Program-made: the position numbers and the translations under genes
Shown here: positions 47,340 through 57,713 of the stretch, in pieces
Numbering within the stretch: the stretch's first letter is position 1
Layout: every line of letters starts with the position of its first letter
Notes under the pieces: model-generated
What the model saw: the letters and a program-made list of their open reading frames with translations, nothing else
Told to the model about the DNA's origin: nothing
Databases searched by the model: none
Assembly: GCA_051870055.1 (NCBI GenBank)
Contig: JBJEBM010000040.1
Coordinates: 697 to 64,696 of the forward strand
Length of the DNA: 64,000 bases
Origin: Candidatus Cryptobacteroides sp.
Lineage (GTDB): Bacteria; Bacteroidota; Bacteroidia; Bacteroidales; UBA932
Direction of reading: 5' to 3'

Positions 47340-50300
47340 TCAGAAGCTGAACTGCATACCGAGCCTGACAGTGCGCTGGAGCGGATAGGAGAGTCCGTGT
47401 CCGTTGCCAATCTCCGGGTCCCAATATTTGAATGGGCTGATGGTGAACAGGTTGCTGCCTGATACATATACCCTGAACTTGAAGAATGAGAAACCGATTT
47501 CCGCATTCTTGAGACGGATATACTGAGCATCGCGGAGATAGTAGGTGGATGCCTGTGTGTTGTTCGGGCTTGTGGATGTCGTGAGCCTCGGATAATGTGC
47601 GTCGGCATTGTTGTTGTCCCAGCTCCAGTGGTCTTTGGCAATGTACTCGGCGATGCCGAAACCGTAGTTGGTCTGGGTGCAGAACGGATGGTGGTTGTAC
47701 ATCCTGAGCTGATATTTTCCGACTCCCTGGAACATAAACGAGAAGTCCCATTTCCTGTATTTGAGAGTTCCACCGAAACCGTACTGGATTTCAGGAACAT
47801 ACGGTTTGTCATCCCAGACATAGTCATTCGCGTCAATGACGTTGTCCCCGTTGATGTCCTTATACTTGATGTCTCCGACACTGTAAGAGCCGAATTTCTG
47901 CTCCGGGCTGTTGTCGATTTCCTCCTGGGAGGTGAACAGGCCGTCAGCGACCAGCACCTGGTGAGCCATAAGAGGATGGCCTACCATCGAGAGGTGCTTG
48001 TTCTTTTCCGGATAGACAGGCTCGTCCCTTGCCACCACCGTGCTGTGGGCGTAAGTGAATGTGCCTCTTACGGTAAAGCTGAAGTCTTTGTTGATAACCT
48101 TGTTGTAATCAAGCGAGATGTCCACGCCCTTGTTGTCCGCCTCTCCAAGGTTGGCATAAGGCACTGTGGCTCCCATACCGGCTGTGGCTGACAGGGACGC
48201 GCGTTTCATAAAGATATTGTAACGGTGCTCCGTGAAATAGTCCACGCTGAGGTTCAGGTCCTTGAACAAAGTCAAGTCAATACCCGCATTGAGTTTGTTG
48301 GAAATTTCCCATGTGGCGTCAGCATTGCCGTAGGTGTCGATATATCCTGCTCCGATTTTGCTGTATGCGATACCGAACGGATAGGCTCTTTCTCCCATAT
48401 TGACAGCAGTGATGTATGGGAAGCGGACCGGAAGGGCATCGTTTCCGACCTGTCCGTAGGAAACTCTGAACTTGAGGTTGGAAACCACTTTCTTCAGAGG
48501 CTTGAAGAAGTTCTCGTTTGAGATGTTGTAGCCGACAGCGACTGACGGGAAGAAGCCGAACCGCTTGCCTGCTATGAAGTTCTCGGAGCCGTTGTAACCG
48601 AAGTTGCCCTCTATGAAATACCTCTTGTCGAAATTGTAGGTGACACGGCCTGCGAGGCCCTGCTCACGGAAAGGCAGAAGCTCTTCCTCGCTGGAACCCA
48701 CGGCGTTGTTCACTTTCTCTTTCATACGGTAAACGAGGTCGGCAGCCACTGAATGTTTGCCGAAAGTCCTGGCGTAGTTGACGGAGGCGTTCATTGACCA
48801 TTCGTGATAACCGCTGTGCGACACGCTGCTGGTGAGATATGTGCTTCCCTCGTCGCCGATTGACTGGGTGGTGAAATTGTATGTTCCGTCCTCGTTGATG
48901 CTGTAATCATCATCAACTCTGAAATAGAATGTGTTGATGTGCCTGTTCGTTGAGGCGTAAGAGTAGTTGTAGAAAGATATGAAAGCCTTGGCTGACAAGC
49001 CTTTGGTAATCATCTTGAGGTCCTGGTCAATCTGCAGGGACGCAGTCATATAGGAATAGAATCTGTCCTTGTATCCGGAACTCATCCTTGCATAAGGGTT
49101 GAGCTCGTTCTTTCCCGCATCCCAGGAATAGTTGTTTCCGTAACGTACGAATGTGTCACCCTCCTCTGCCGGAAGCACTGCCGGGAATCGTGCCGGATTG
49201 GCCCTCATAACCCAGTAGAACAGGTCGCTGGTGCTCTCGTTAGGAGTGTGGTTGTACTGGAGCTGGACGTTGAGCTTCATCGTGACCTTGGTGGTGTTGG
49301 TCATCATAGCCGACACGTTGCTCTGGAAGAGGTACTTCTTGTTGTTCATCCTGATGTCGAGAGGTGATTCCTCCGGCTTCTTGAGAATACCGTTCTCGTT
49401 GAAAATGGAGGCGTTGAGGAAGTAGTTCACTTTCTTTCCGCCACCGCGCATCGTCATATTGAACCTCTGGTTGGTGGCGAAATTCTTGAACATCATATCG
49501 TACCAGTCGTTCTCCGGGAAAATGTACGGATTCAGATGCTGGCGTGTGCCTTCGATTTTTTCGGCGGAATAGAATGGAACGTATTCATTGCCGGTGGCTC
49601 TTGCCTCGTTGTATTTCGCCTCGTTGAACAGTTCCATATATGTAACTGCATCAGCTACTTCCTGTACCTTGGTCGGCATTGAGAACGTGTTGTCGAATGT
49701 GAAATTGACGGCGATTTTCTCGGAATTCCGGCCCTCCTTGGTGGTGATGATGATGACTCCGTTTGCTCCTCTGGAACCGTAAAGCGCCGTGGCTGTTGCG
49801 TCTTTGAGGACTGACATTGACTCGATGGATTCCGGAGGAATGTTGCCGAGCATACTGGAAGTGATTTCCACACCGTCCATTATCAGAAGGGCGGATTTGT
49901 TTGATCCGAATGTCGAAACTCCGCGGACATAGAACTGCGCTCCGTCATATCCGGGCTCGCCGGAACCCTGCGTTGAGATGACGCCAGCGATGTTTCCTGC
50001 GAACGAGGTGGTCAGGTTGGATGAAGTCACGACGAGGTTGGACGGTTTCACGGCCTGGACGGCTCCCACAAGGGATTCCTTTTTCTGGGTACCGAAACCG
50101 ACCACGACTGCCTCCTCAAGGGCGGATGTCTGCACAATCATTGTCACGAGACTGAACAAGTATGGCTGTTCGGTGCTGAGTTCCTTGCGGTCATATCCCA
50201 TCAGGTCGAAAACGATGGTTTTTGTTTCCGCAGGGACGTCGAGGGAGAACTCTCCGTTTGTGCTGGAGATTGCCACGTTTTTCTGCTCGGCTTTGTCATA

Positions 50301-50456
50301 GACAACGACTCCGGCCAGCGGGGCATTGGTGTCTGAACCGATTATTCTTCCGGAGAAAGTCTTTTTCGGCCCTTGCCCGGCTGACGACGCCATAGCTGCC
50401 GCTCCTGTTGCGAGACAGAGCAGCGCCGTCAGTATGATGTGTTTGATATTATTCAT
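47340..50456 (-). CDS. SusC/RagA TonB-dependent transporter (no STN domain)
   Basis: VVVGFG.QKK, VLKDATATALYGSRGANGVIIITTK, GYNGSENF, TWE and YWDPE motifs. Confidence 0.95.
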   Translation of the reverse strand: MNNIKHIILTALLCLATGAAAMASSAGQGPKKTFSGRIIGSDTNAPLAGVVVYDKAEQKNVAISSTNGEFSLDVPAETKTIVFDLMGYDRKELSTEQPYLFSLVTMIVQTSALEEAVVVGFGTQKKESLVGAVQAVKPSNLVVTSSNLTTSFAGNIAGVISTQGSGEPGYDGAQFYVRGVSTFGSNKSALLIMDGVEITSSMLGNIPPESIESMSVLKDATATALYGSRGANGVIIITTKEGRNSEKIAVNFTFDNTFSMPTKVQEVADAVTYMELFNEAKYNEARATGNEYVPFYSAEKIEGTRQHLNPYIFPENDWYDMMFKNFATNQRFNMTMRGGGKKVNYFLNASIFNENGILKKPEESPLDIRMNNKKYLFQSNVSAMMTNTTKVTMKLNVQLQYNHTPNESTSDLFYWVMRANPARFPAVLPAEEGDTFVRYGNNYSWDAGKNELNPYARMSSGYKDRFYSYMTASLQIDQDLKMITKGLSAKAFISFYNYSYASTNRHINTFYFRVDDDYSINEDGTYNFTTQSIGDEGSTYLTSSVSHSGYHEWSMNASVNYARTFGKHSVAADLVYRMKEKVNNAVGSSEEELLPFREQGLAGRVTYNFDKRYFIEGNFGYNGSENFIAGKRFGFFPSVAVGYNISNENFFKPLKKVVSNLKFRVSYGQVGNDALPVRFPYITAVNMGERAYPFGIAYSKIGAGYIDTYGNADATWEISNKLNAGIDLTLFKDLNLSVDYFTEHRYNIFMKRASLSATAGMGATVPYANLGEADNKGVDISLDYNKVINKDFSFTVRGTFTYAHSTVVARDEPVYPEKNKHLSMVGHPLMAHQVLVADGLFTSQEEIDNSPEQKFGSYSVGDIKYKDINGDNVIDANDYVWDDKPYVPEIQYGFGGTLKYRKWDFSFMFQGVGKYQLRMYNHHPFCTQTNYGFGIAEYIAKDHWSWDNNNADAHYPRLTTSTSPNNTQASTYYLRDAQYIRLKNAEIGFSFFKFRVYVSGSNLFTISPFKYWDPEIGNGHGLSYPLQRTVRLGMQFSF

Positions 50457-50488
50457 ATGTTATTGGGTTGTAAGTAAATAGGTTTTTA

Positions 50489-52130
50489 TCATTTGAGGAG
50501 GATGTCGCAAGTCCTGAACACTTTGTCAGTCAGGTACTGGGCAAATGCCTCTTCATCAGATACAGGGTCTGAATATATCTTGGCTGTATAAACCGAGCCG
50601 TTCCAGTTTCCGTTGATGGCCGTCCTTGTCTGGTTGCTCTGGTTCGCTCCTATCATGATGAAGTTAGGATTGAGGGTGGCGAATTTGAGCGGGCCTGCCA
50701 CGTCTTCTTCGGCCTTGAGCTCTCCGTCAAGATATACTTTCGCTTTTCCTGCTGTCTTGTCCCAGCTTCCGAGCAGGTGATAGATATTGCCTGGTTTTGC
50801 AACTACTCCGGTGGTGACAAATGCCCAGGTGCCGTTGTTGTTGATAAGGAAGAGGAGCTGCCCGTCACGTGCGTTGTTGCCAATCATAAGGGCTGTGCCG
50901 CCGCTCTTTGTGGACGAGAGGGCTTTCGCTTCCTTGTTGTTCGCTTCGGCGTTCACTGTGACAATCGCTTCGAGGGCATATCCGTCAGAGAATGCGGTGA
51001 CGATGTCTTCTGTCATTTCTGTCCAGTAATAGCCGGTGTTAACTGAACCTCCGGCGGTGCGTTTGAAGTCAGGCGCCCAGAGACCGTAATCGTTCAGGTA
51101 AGACACTGTGCATGTCTCTCCTTCAACATAGTTGATGGCACGGTTGCTCTTTGATATGTCAGAGGCGGAACCGTCCTCGTTGAATTTCACATTCATCAGA
51201 TCGGCTTGTACTTTCGGTACAATCTGGCTTATAGTCAATGAATTGCTGATGGAAGGGTCATCAGGAGTCGTAAGCGTGATGGCGCCTGTCCTGTCATTTC
51301 CCGTCCCGGCCGCAACGCTGACCTTGACTGCATCCCCAGTCTGTCCGAGGATTGTTATCCAGGAATCTTTTGAGGATGCACTCCATCCTGACAGGTTTGC
51401 TGCGACTACAGGAATTTCAGCCTCTGTGCCGTTCTGCGATACATATGCGATTTTGTGCTCGAAATGCAGTTCAAGGTCTTTCTGTGTCAGCTTGATTTCC
51501 TGTGTAAGGTCCGGATCATTGACGCAGCGGAATGACACAGTAGCTGTATTTGCCGCCACGGCAAGCACTCCGGCAGACAGCACCAGCCCGCTGCTGCTGC
51601 GCTCGCTTTCGGTGAGCCAGTCGCCGGTCTCGCTGTTGATGGTGTAATCCCAGTTAGAATTGCAGTTCACGCTGAATGTGTAGTCTCCGCCTTTGGCGTT
51701 GACAAGTGTCTTGTCCACACTGACTTCGAGGGAATATTTCATTTCCTGGACGATTCTGACCTGGGCTTTCTGCTCGGTCTTTCCGCAGATGAAAGACAGG
51801 ACGGCTGTCCTTTCCTCGAACTCTTCGTTGGCTTCGGCGGTGGCGGTCACCTGGATGTTCTCCCCGGCCTCGCCAGAGGCGGGGGCTACTTTCACCCAAC
51901 CGCAGTCTTTCGGAATTATCACTTTCCAGTCTTCGACTGAAGTGAATGTGAATGTTTTGGAACTGGACTTGTTGGAGAAATCCAGCTGTGTGAGTCCCAG
52001 CTCGTCGGCGTTGTCAAGCTGCATTTTCGCGGACACTCTGGTGATTTCTTCAGAGGCGCACCCGGCGGTCACCCCCCCCCAGTATCCCCAGAGTGAGCAG
52101 CAAAAGACTCAGATTCTTCTTGGTTGCCAT
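50489..52130 (-). pseudogene. BACON-repeat + LamG-like lipoprotein, frameshifted in a G9 tract within the signal peptide (phase-variable OFF state or sequencing error)
   Basis: ATG at 52130 encodes MATKKNLSLLLLTLGIL, then G9 (C at 52072-52080) leads to TGA. With G8 it reads ...LGGVTAGC (lipobox) into the 527-aa ORF. Confidence 0.8.
52072..52080 (-). repeat. Poly-G9 homopolymer in a signal-peptide coding region
   Basis: Nine consecutive C on the + strand; the longest G/C run I noticed in the window. Confidence 0.9.
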
Positions 52131-52234
52131 TTTTTAAGGTTGTGTTGATTGAAAAATATATGAATAGGTTTCGAATTGTTTCGGTTTTTTAAAAGGATGC
52201 GTTAAAGTTCTTTCAAAGGTTAACGAATCGAAAT

Positions 52235-52242
52235 CAAATATA
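52235..52242 (-). promoter_or_regulatory. -7 promoter element (TATATTTG) for the BACON-susC-susD-GDPD operon
   Basis: TAnnTTTG match on the minus strand about 105 nt upstream of ATG 52130. Confidence 0.55.
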
Positions 52243-52398
52243 GAGTAAAAAATAACTAAATACAAGAAATTTCAAGAATATTGCAGGATTTTCCAACAAA
52301 TGGCGGATTTATTACCCATAAAATGCGGGTCTTTTCGGGTTCCCGGTTACGGTTTTAAGGAAATATTCAGTATCTTCGTATGCCAATTGATTGATTAT

Positions 52399-53232
52399 AT
52401 GAAGAAAATGTCAGCGATACTGGCGGCGATATTGCTGCTGGCTTACTGGGCTCCGGATTCTTCTGCGAAAAAGCCCGAAATACAGGACGAAAGTTATGTC
52501 CATCTGAAAAATATTTCTTATTGCCAGCGCGGCGAGGCTGATGAGTACCGCCTTGAACGGTGCCGTCTGGATGTGTATTATCCTGAGAAATCGGAAGGCT
52601 TCGCAACGCTTGTCTGGTTTCACGGCGGCGGGCTTGAGGGCGGAAGCAAAGGCCTGAGAGATGAATTCAGACGTCAGGGATTCGCTGTCGTGGATGTGAA
52701 CTACCGGCTCTATCCGGGAGTGAAATGTCCCGGCTATATAGAGGATGCGGCGATGTCGGTGGCCTGGGTGTTCTCCCATATAGCCGAATATGGCGGCGAC
52801 CCGTCCAAAATATATGTCGGAGGGCATTCGGCAGGAGGATACCTGACCCTTATGCTTGTCCTCGACAAGCAATATCTTTCCGCCTATGGTATTGATGCTG
52901 ACAGGATTGCGAAAGGATATCCGGTCGGGGGACAGGTTGACACCCATTTCACCATCAAGAAAGAAAGAGGTATGGATCCTGACATACCTTATATTGACGA
53001 TATGGCCCCGATTTTCCATTCGAGGAAGGAGGGCGCTCCGCTGATGCTCATCACTGGGGCGAGAGAACTGGAAATGCTTGCGAGATATGAGGAGAACGCC
53101 CATCTTGCGGCGATACTCCGGCACGTCGGTCATCCTGTGGAACTGTTTGAACTGCAAGGCTTCACTCACGTTTCAGTCCTTTCTCCGGCCTGCATCCGCA
53201 TCCGCGAGGACATTAAACGGCTTAATAAATAA
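52399..53232 (+). CDS. Secreted alpha/beta hydrolase (HSL-like esterase/lipase)
   Basis: Signal peptide from MKKMSA; FHGGG, NYRL.P and GHSAGG nucleophile elbow. Confidence 0.88.
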   Translation: MKKMSAILAAILLLAYWAPDSSAKKPEIQDESYVHLKNISYCQRGEADEYRLERCRLDVYYPEKSEGFATLVWFHGGGLEGGSKGLRDEFRRQGFAVVDVNYRLYPGVKCPGYIEDAAMSVAWVFSHIAEYGGDPSKIYVGGHSAGGYLTLMLVLDKQYLSAYGIDADRIAKGYPVGGQVDTHFTIKKERGMDPDIPYIDDMAPIFHSRKEGAPLMLITGARELEMLARYEENAHLAAILRHVGHPVELFELQGFTHVSVLSPACIRIREDIKRLNK

Positions 53233-53249
53233 TTACATATCATATAATT

Positions 53250-55724
53250 ATGACAATTCAAAAGAAAATAGCGGCTGCCGCATTGATGCTGACAATGGCG
53301 GCAACAGCCACATCAGGGCAGACCTTCAGCGTCCCTTCGCAGGCCGATGGCAGGGAATATGTCCGCAAACCGAATTATGCGCTGGCAGAGCGTTTCTCGG
53401 CCAAACGCGTCGGACAGATGGTTTTCACAACTGAAGTGAGACCGTCCTGGTTCAGAACAGGGGACAGATTCCTCTATCAGTGGAAAACATCCTCAGGGAC
53501 AAACTATTACATAGCTGATCCTGTGCTTGGGAAAACCACTCCTGTATTTGACCTGGACAAACTTGCGATGAAACTCACCGGGATTGTGAGGGATCCGTTC
53601 GATGCGAAGCACATCCCGTTCAGAAATCTTGAGATAGACCCGGATGACGAGAACTATCTTACTTTCAACATCACCAGCACACAGGAGCGCCGTGACACCA
53701 CGGACAAGGAAAAGAAAAATGAGAAACTGGTGTACAGATTCAGGTACAGGATATCTGACGGAGACCTGACCTATACCACTGACAAAGAGGAAGATAAATA
53801 TCCGAGATGGGCCAATGTCTCCCCGGACGGTCTCATCGGCGTTTACGTGAAGAAAGCCAATCTGTATTATATGGACACCCTGAATATGCGCAAGGCCGCC
53901 AAGGACCCGAAGGACAGCACTCTCGTTGAGCACAGAATCACTACCGACGGATTCAAGGAATTCGCTTATGGTATTGACAATTACAAGGGCTACAACGAGA
54001 CCGACACCACGGCCAGGACATATCCGGGAGAGCTTGTCTGGGGGCCTGACTCAAAGCATCTTGCGGTGATGCGCTGGGATATGCGTCCGCTGAAGGAAAT
54101 GTGGGTCATCAACTCCCTCAGCAACCCGAGGCCGACCCTTGAGACGTACAAATACCAGATGCCGGGAGAGCCCGGACCGAAAGGTTCCCTGTATGTGTTC
54201 GAGACAGCCGGATGGAGCTCCCACACGGTGAGAATCAATGCGTTCAAGGACCAGGAACTCTCTCTTGACAGAGCTCCGCGCAAGGTCGAGGACAGTTTCA
54301 AGGATTATTATTCGGCCAAATGGCACGGGGACAACAACGGCTTCTACCTGACCCGTATGAGCAGGGACCTCAAACGTATGGATATCTGCTATGTGGGTGT
54401 TGACAGCGATTCCACACGCACTGTGATTTCCGAGAGAATGAACACGTATGTCGAGGGCCGCGGCCTGGAGATTATCGACGGTGGCAGGCAGCTCATCCAC
54501 TGGTCAGAGCGCAACGGCTGGGCAAATCTGTATCTCTACAATGCGGACGGTACCCTTGTCAGGAATCTCACTGAGGGCGCATTCCACGTTGAGGATATTG
54601 TAAGTGTCAATGAGAAAGAGGGCTATGTGATTTTCAGCGCCTGCGGACGCGAGGAAGGCGAGAATCCGTACCAGATGCACACCTACCGGGTCAGCCTCCA
54701 GGGCGGAGCGATAAAGCTGCTCGATATGCCTGATATGAATGTCGAGGCGATTGGTTCGGAGGACGGCAAGTATTTCATTGCCAATTATTCACGTGTGGAT
54801 TACAAACCGGCTTCGGCTCTCTATGACGCCACTGGCAGGCGTATCTGCACATTGGGAGAGGCTGACTTCTCTCTGCTTTTCGCTGCAGGCTACAAGTTCC
54901 CGGAGAGGTTCACGGTAAAGGCCGCAGACGGTATCACCGACCTTTATGGAGCTATCTACAAACCATTTGACTTTGACTCCACAAAGGTCTATCCGATATG
55001 CGATTACGTTTATCCGGGTCCTCAGGTCGAGGCGAATACCATAAAGTGGAGCCGCGGCTTCACCCGCACCGACAGGCTGGCCCAGCTCGGCTTCATCGTC
55101 ATCACGGTCGGCAACCGCGGAGGCCATCCGAACCGCTCGAAATGGTATCACAACTACGGATACGGCAATCTCCGCAATTACGGCCTTGAGGATCAGAAAT
55201 ATGCCATCCAGCAGCTCGGTGCCCGTCATTCCTGGATTGACCTTGACAGGGTCGGAATCCACGGACATTCAGGCGGCGGATTTATGTCAACGGCTGCCAT
55301 ACTGACTTATCCGGATTTCTTCAAGGTCGCTGTTTCCTGCTCGGGAAATCACGACAATTCCATCTACAACAGGTGGTGGAGCGAGCAGCATCACGGCATC
55401 CGCGAGAAGGTCGAGAAAGGCGACACTACGTTCGTTTACCAGATTGAGACGAACCAGCAGCTCGCAAAGAATCTCAAGGGACATCTGCTCCTTTGCACCG
55501 GCGATATTGATGACAATGTCCATCCTGCCAATACGATACGTGTAATCAACGCCCTGATCAGGGCCAACAAGCGTTTCGATATGCTGTTCCTTCCTGGCCA
55601 GCGGCACGGATATGGCGATATGAACGAGTATTTCTTCTGGAAGCTTGCGGACTATTACAGCGAGTGGCTGATGGGCTGCAGCGAGAGGGGCGAGGTGGAT
55701 ATCAAGGAGATGAACAATGATTAG
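53250..55724 (+). CDS. S9 family peptidase (dipeptidyl peptidase IV-like)
   Basis: Signal peptide; YPGPQ, GHSGGG, G..DDNVHP and P...H catalytic triad. Confidence 0.92.
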   Translation: MTIQKKIAAAALMLTMAATATSGQTFSVPSQADGREYVRKPNYALAERFSAKRVGQMVFTTEVRPSWFRTGDRFLYQWKTSSGTNYYIADPVLGKTTPVFDLDKLAMKLTGIVRDPFDAKHIPFRNLEIDPDDENYLTFNITSTQERRDTTDKEKKNEKLVYRFRYRISDGDLTYTTDKEEDKYPRWANVSPDGLIGVYVKKANLYYMDTLNMRKAAKDPKDSTLVEHRITTDGFKEFAYGIDNYKGYNETDTTARTYPGELVWGPDSKHLAVMRWDMRPLKEMWVINSLSNPRPTLETYKYQMPGEPGPKGSLYVFETAGWSSHTVRINAFKDQELSLDRAPRKVEDSFKDYYSAKWHGDNNGFYLTRMSRDLKRMDICYVGVDSDSTRTVISERMNTYVEGRGLEIIDGGRQLIHWSERNGWANLYLYNADGTLVRNLTEGAFHVEDIVSVNEKEGYVIFSACGREEGENPYQMHTYRVSLQGGAIKLLDMPDMNVEAIGSEDGKYFIANYSRVDYKPASALYDATGRRICTLGEADFSLLFAAGYKFPERFTVKAADGITDLYGAIYKPFDFDSTKVYPICDYVYPGPQVEANTIKWSRGFTRTDRLAQLGFIVITVGNRGGHPNRSKWYHNYGYGNLRNYGLEDQKYAIQQLGARHSWIDLDRVGIHGHSGGGFMSTAAILTYPDFFKVAVSCSGNHDNSIYNRWWSEQHHGIREKVEKGDTTFVYQIETNQQLAKNLKGHLLLCTGDIDDNVHPANTIRVINALIRANKRFDMLFLPGQRHGYGDMNEYFFWKLADYYSEWLMGCSERGEVDIKEMNND

Positions 55725-56499
55725 ACTGATGAAAAACAATTTCTGGAGACTTGCGGCCGCCGTTATGGTGACGGTGGCTGCAGCCACCGGTTGCGACCGG
55801 GGAGGGCTGAAAGTGAAAAGTGCTGATTTGCAGCTTAGTGAGGATTTGGTTGAAGGCCGTGCGGATTCCATATCCGTCAGCGCTTTTGTGGAATATCCTG
55901 TGTCCGGCCTGACGGAGGACGCTATGCGCAATATTGTTGCGGCGGTGAACCGCGCGGCGTTCCGGATTGACGAGGCTGGGGATATTGAAATGGCGGAGCG
56001 GGTCTGGGCTGACTCCTGCATCAGGGATTACCGCGAGGCCAATATGGACCTGCTGCAATATCTGCAGGACAATGGGGAGGACTCCGCCGTCCTGTCCTGG
56101 GAGATGAGCGTCAGTGGATATTTCTGCGGTGTGTATGAGAATATGTATTCGTACAATGTGGTGTCGTATTCTTACACCGGAGGGGCGCACGGAAGCACTG
56201 TCGAGACCGGGCTGGTGTTCAACGGGGCGACCGGTGAGCCTGTAGTGGAGGATGACCTGTTCGCCGATGGCTACAGGGAGACTCTGTCGGAACTCCTGTC
56301 TTCTCATTTAGAAGAGTCACTGATTGATTCCGAGGCGTATGACGCCTTGTTTATCAAGGATATAGAGCCTAACGGCAATTTCATCGTGACTTCCGATGGC
56401 ATCACTTACACTTACGGGCAGTATGAGATCGGGCCTTACTATCTCGGCATCATCAAGGTGACTGTCCCTTGGGATGAACTTCAGTCCATTCTCCGGTAG
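55717..56499 (+). CDS. DUF4163/DUF3298 (PdaC/RsiV-like) lipoprotein
   Basis: Lipobox ATGC; YTGGAHG and Y..YEIGPY..G...V..PW motifs. The start may be 55729. Confidence 0.8.
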   Translation: MIRLMKNNFWRLAAAVMVTVAAATGCDRGGLKVKSADLQLSEDLVEGRADSISVSAFVEYPVSGLTEDAMRNIVAAVNRAAFRIDEAGDIEMAERVWADSCIRDYREANMDLLQYLQDNGEDSAVLSWEMSVSGYFCGVYENMYSYNVVSYSYTGGAHGSTVETGLVFNGATGEPVVEDDLFADGYRETLSELLSSHLEESLIDSEAYDALFIKDIEPNGNFIVTSDGITYTYGQYEIGPYYLGIIKVTVPWDELQSILR

Positions 56500-56539
56500 T
56501 AGGCTATTTGCGAGTCTAAAATATTTCTGATTATAAAAA

Positions 56540-56577
56540 TGGTCAAGGATTCTTCTGGATGAAGTCGTCCTTGACCA
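56540..56577. terminator. Hairpin between convergent genes (probable terminator)
   Basis: tggtcaagga...tccttgacca 10-bp stem with additional inner pairing. Confidence 0.6.
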
Positions 56578-56608
56578 CCTTGTTATGTATCAGCTGTATG
56601 TCCTGCGA

Positions 56609-57604
56609 CTACAGGTTCGGGTTGACAGATTTCCAGTCAGCAACTGCAGGGATGATGCCGAGGGTGATAATCTCGTCGCGCATCTTGCAGAGGTGAGCAT
56701 AAGAAGCGTCAAGAGCTGCAAGCTCGTCAGCTGTGCCTTTGATCTCGCCGTAGTGAACTCCGGTCTCGTCCATAACTGTAGGCATAGCCATCATCACATT
56801 GTGATACTTCTCGTTGTTTACGTAAGTACCTGCAGGCCAAGTGAATTTGTCGCCACCCATAGTAGCTGCAATCATCTTCACTGCGTTGAGTGCAGGGCTC
56901 TGGAATGAAGAACGTCCGCGGAGCTTGATAATCTCGGCGCCGCCCTGGATGACATTGTGCTTGATCTCAGCGAATCTCTCCTCGGAAAGCTTGGTGCCGA
57001 GAAGCTCTGAAAGCGGAGTGCCGTCAATCTTCACCTGGGATGCGAACACTGCCATCTGCTCGCCGTGACCACCGTAGGTGTTGCAGCCTGTAACAGTGCA
57101 CTGCTGAACGCCGAACTCCTCGGCGAGAGCTGTCTGGAGACGTGTTGAGTCGAGGGCTGCGAGAGTTGTGACCTGGGATGGTTTCAGACCTGAGTGGAGA
57201 AGAACCACGAGACCGGTGAGGTCAGCAGGATTGAAAATGACAACGACGTGTTTAACGTCAGGGCAATATTTCTTCACGTTCTTGCCGAAGTCCTCAGCAA
57301 TCTGGCAGTTGCCCTTGAGAAGGTCCTCGCGGGTCATGCCCTCTTTACGAGGAGCGCCGCCTGAAGAGATGATGTATTTCGCTCCTGAGAAAGCAACCTC
57401 AGGATCAGTTGTCCAGGTGATGTTGGCGCCTTCAAATGCGCAGTGATTCATCTCGGCTGCTACGCCTTTCAGACCCGGCTCGTAAACATCGTAGAGGCAG
57501 AGGTTCGGAGTAAGACCGAGAAGCATAGCTGTCTGGGCCATATTGGAACCAATCATTCCGGCGGCTCCGACGATTGTCAGTTTGTCATTGGTCAAAAACT
57601 TCAT
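56609..57604 (-). CDS. mdh: Malate dehydrogenase
   Basis: IVGAAGMIGS, GAPRKEGMTREDLL..N (MDH-specific Arg), NPAD, LDSTR and GGHGE motifs. Confidence 0.93.
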   Translation of the reverse strand: MKFLTNDKLTIVGAAGMIGSNMAQTAMLLGLTPNLCLYDVYEPGLKGVAAEMNHCAFEGANITWTTDPEVAFSGAKYIISSGGAPRKEGMTREDLLKGNCQIAEDFGKNVKKYCPDVKHVVVIFNPADLTGLVVLLHSGLKPSQVTTLAALDSTRLQTALAEEFGVQQCTVTGCNTYGGHGEQMAVFASQVKIDGTPLSELLGTKLSEERFAEIKHNVIQGGAEIIKLRGRSSFQSPALNAVKMIAATMGGDKFTWPAGTYVNNEKYHNVMMAMPTVMDETGVHYGEIKGTADELAALDASYAHLCKMRDEIITLGIIPAVADWKSVNPNL

Positions 57605-57651
57605 AATTTTTAATATTTTTGTACGTTATACTTTTAAATTCTTTCGAACCG

Positions 57652-57659
57652 CAAATATA
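57652..57659 (-). promoter_or_regulatory. -7 promoter element (TATATTTG) for mdh
   Basis: TAnnTTTG match on the minus strand. Confidence 0.6.
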
Positions 57660-57713
57660 GCAATTTCAAATGATAATACAGCCAAAGGACGCAAATGATT
57701 GTTCAAAATAGCC

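Noticed and set aside
52411-53169. 252-aa minus-strand ORF
   Set aside because: Antisense shadow of the alpha/beta hydrolase.
55287-56307. 244-aa and 201-aa minus-strand ORFs
   Set aside because: Antisense to the well-supported S9 peptidase and DUF3298 genes.
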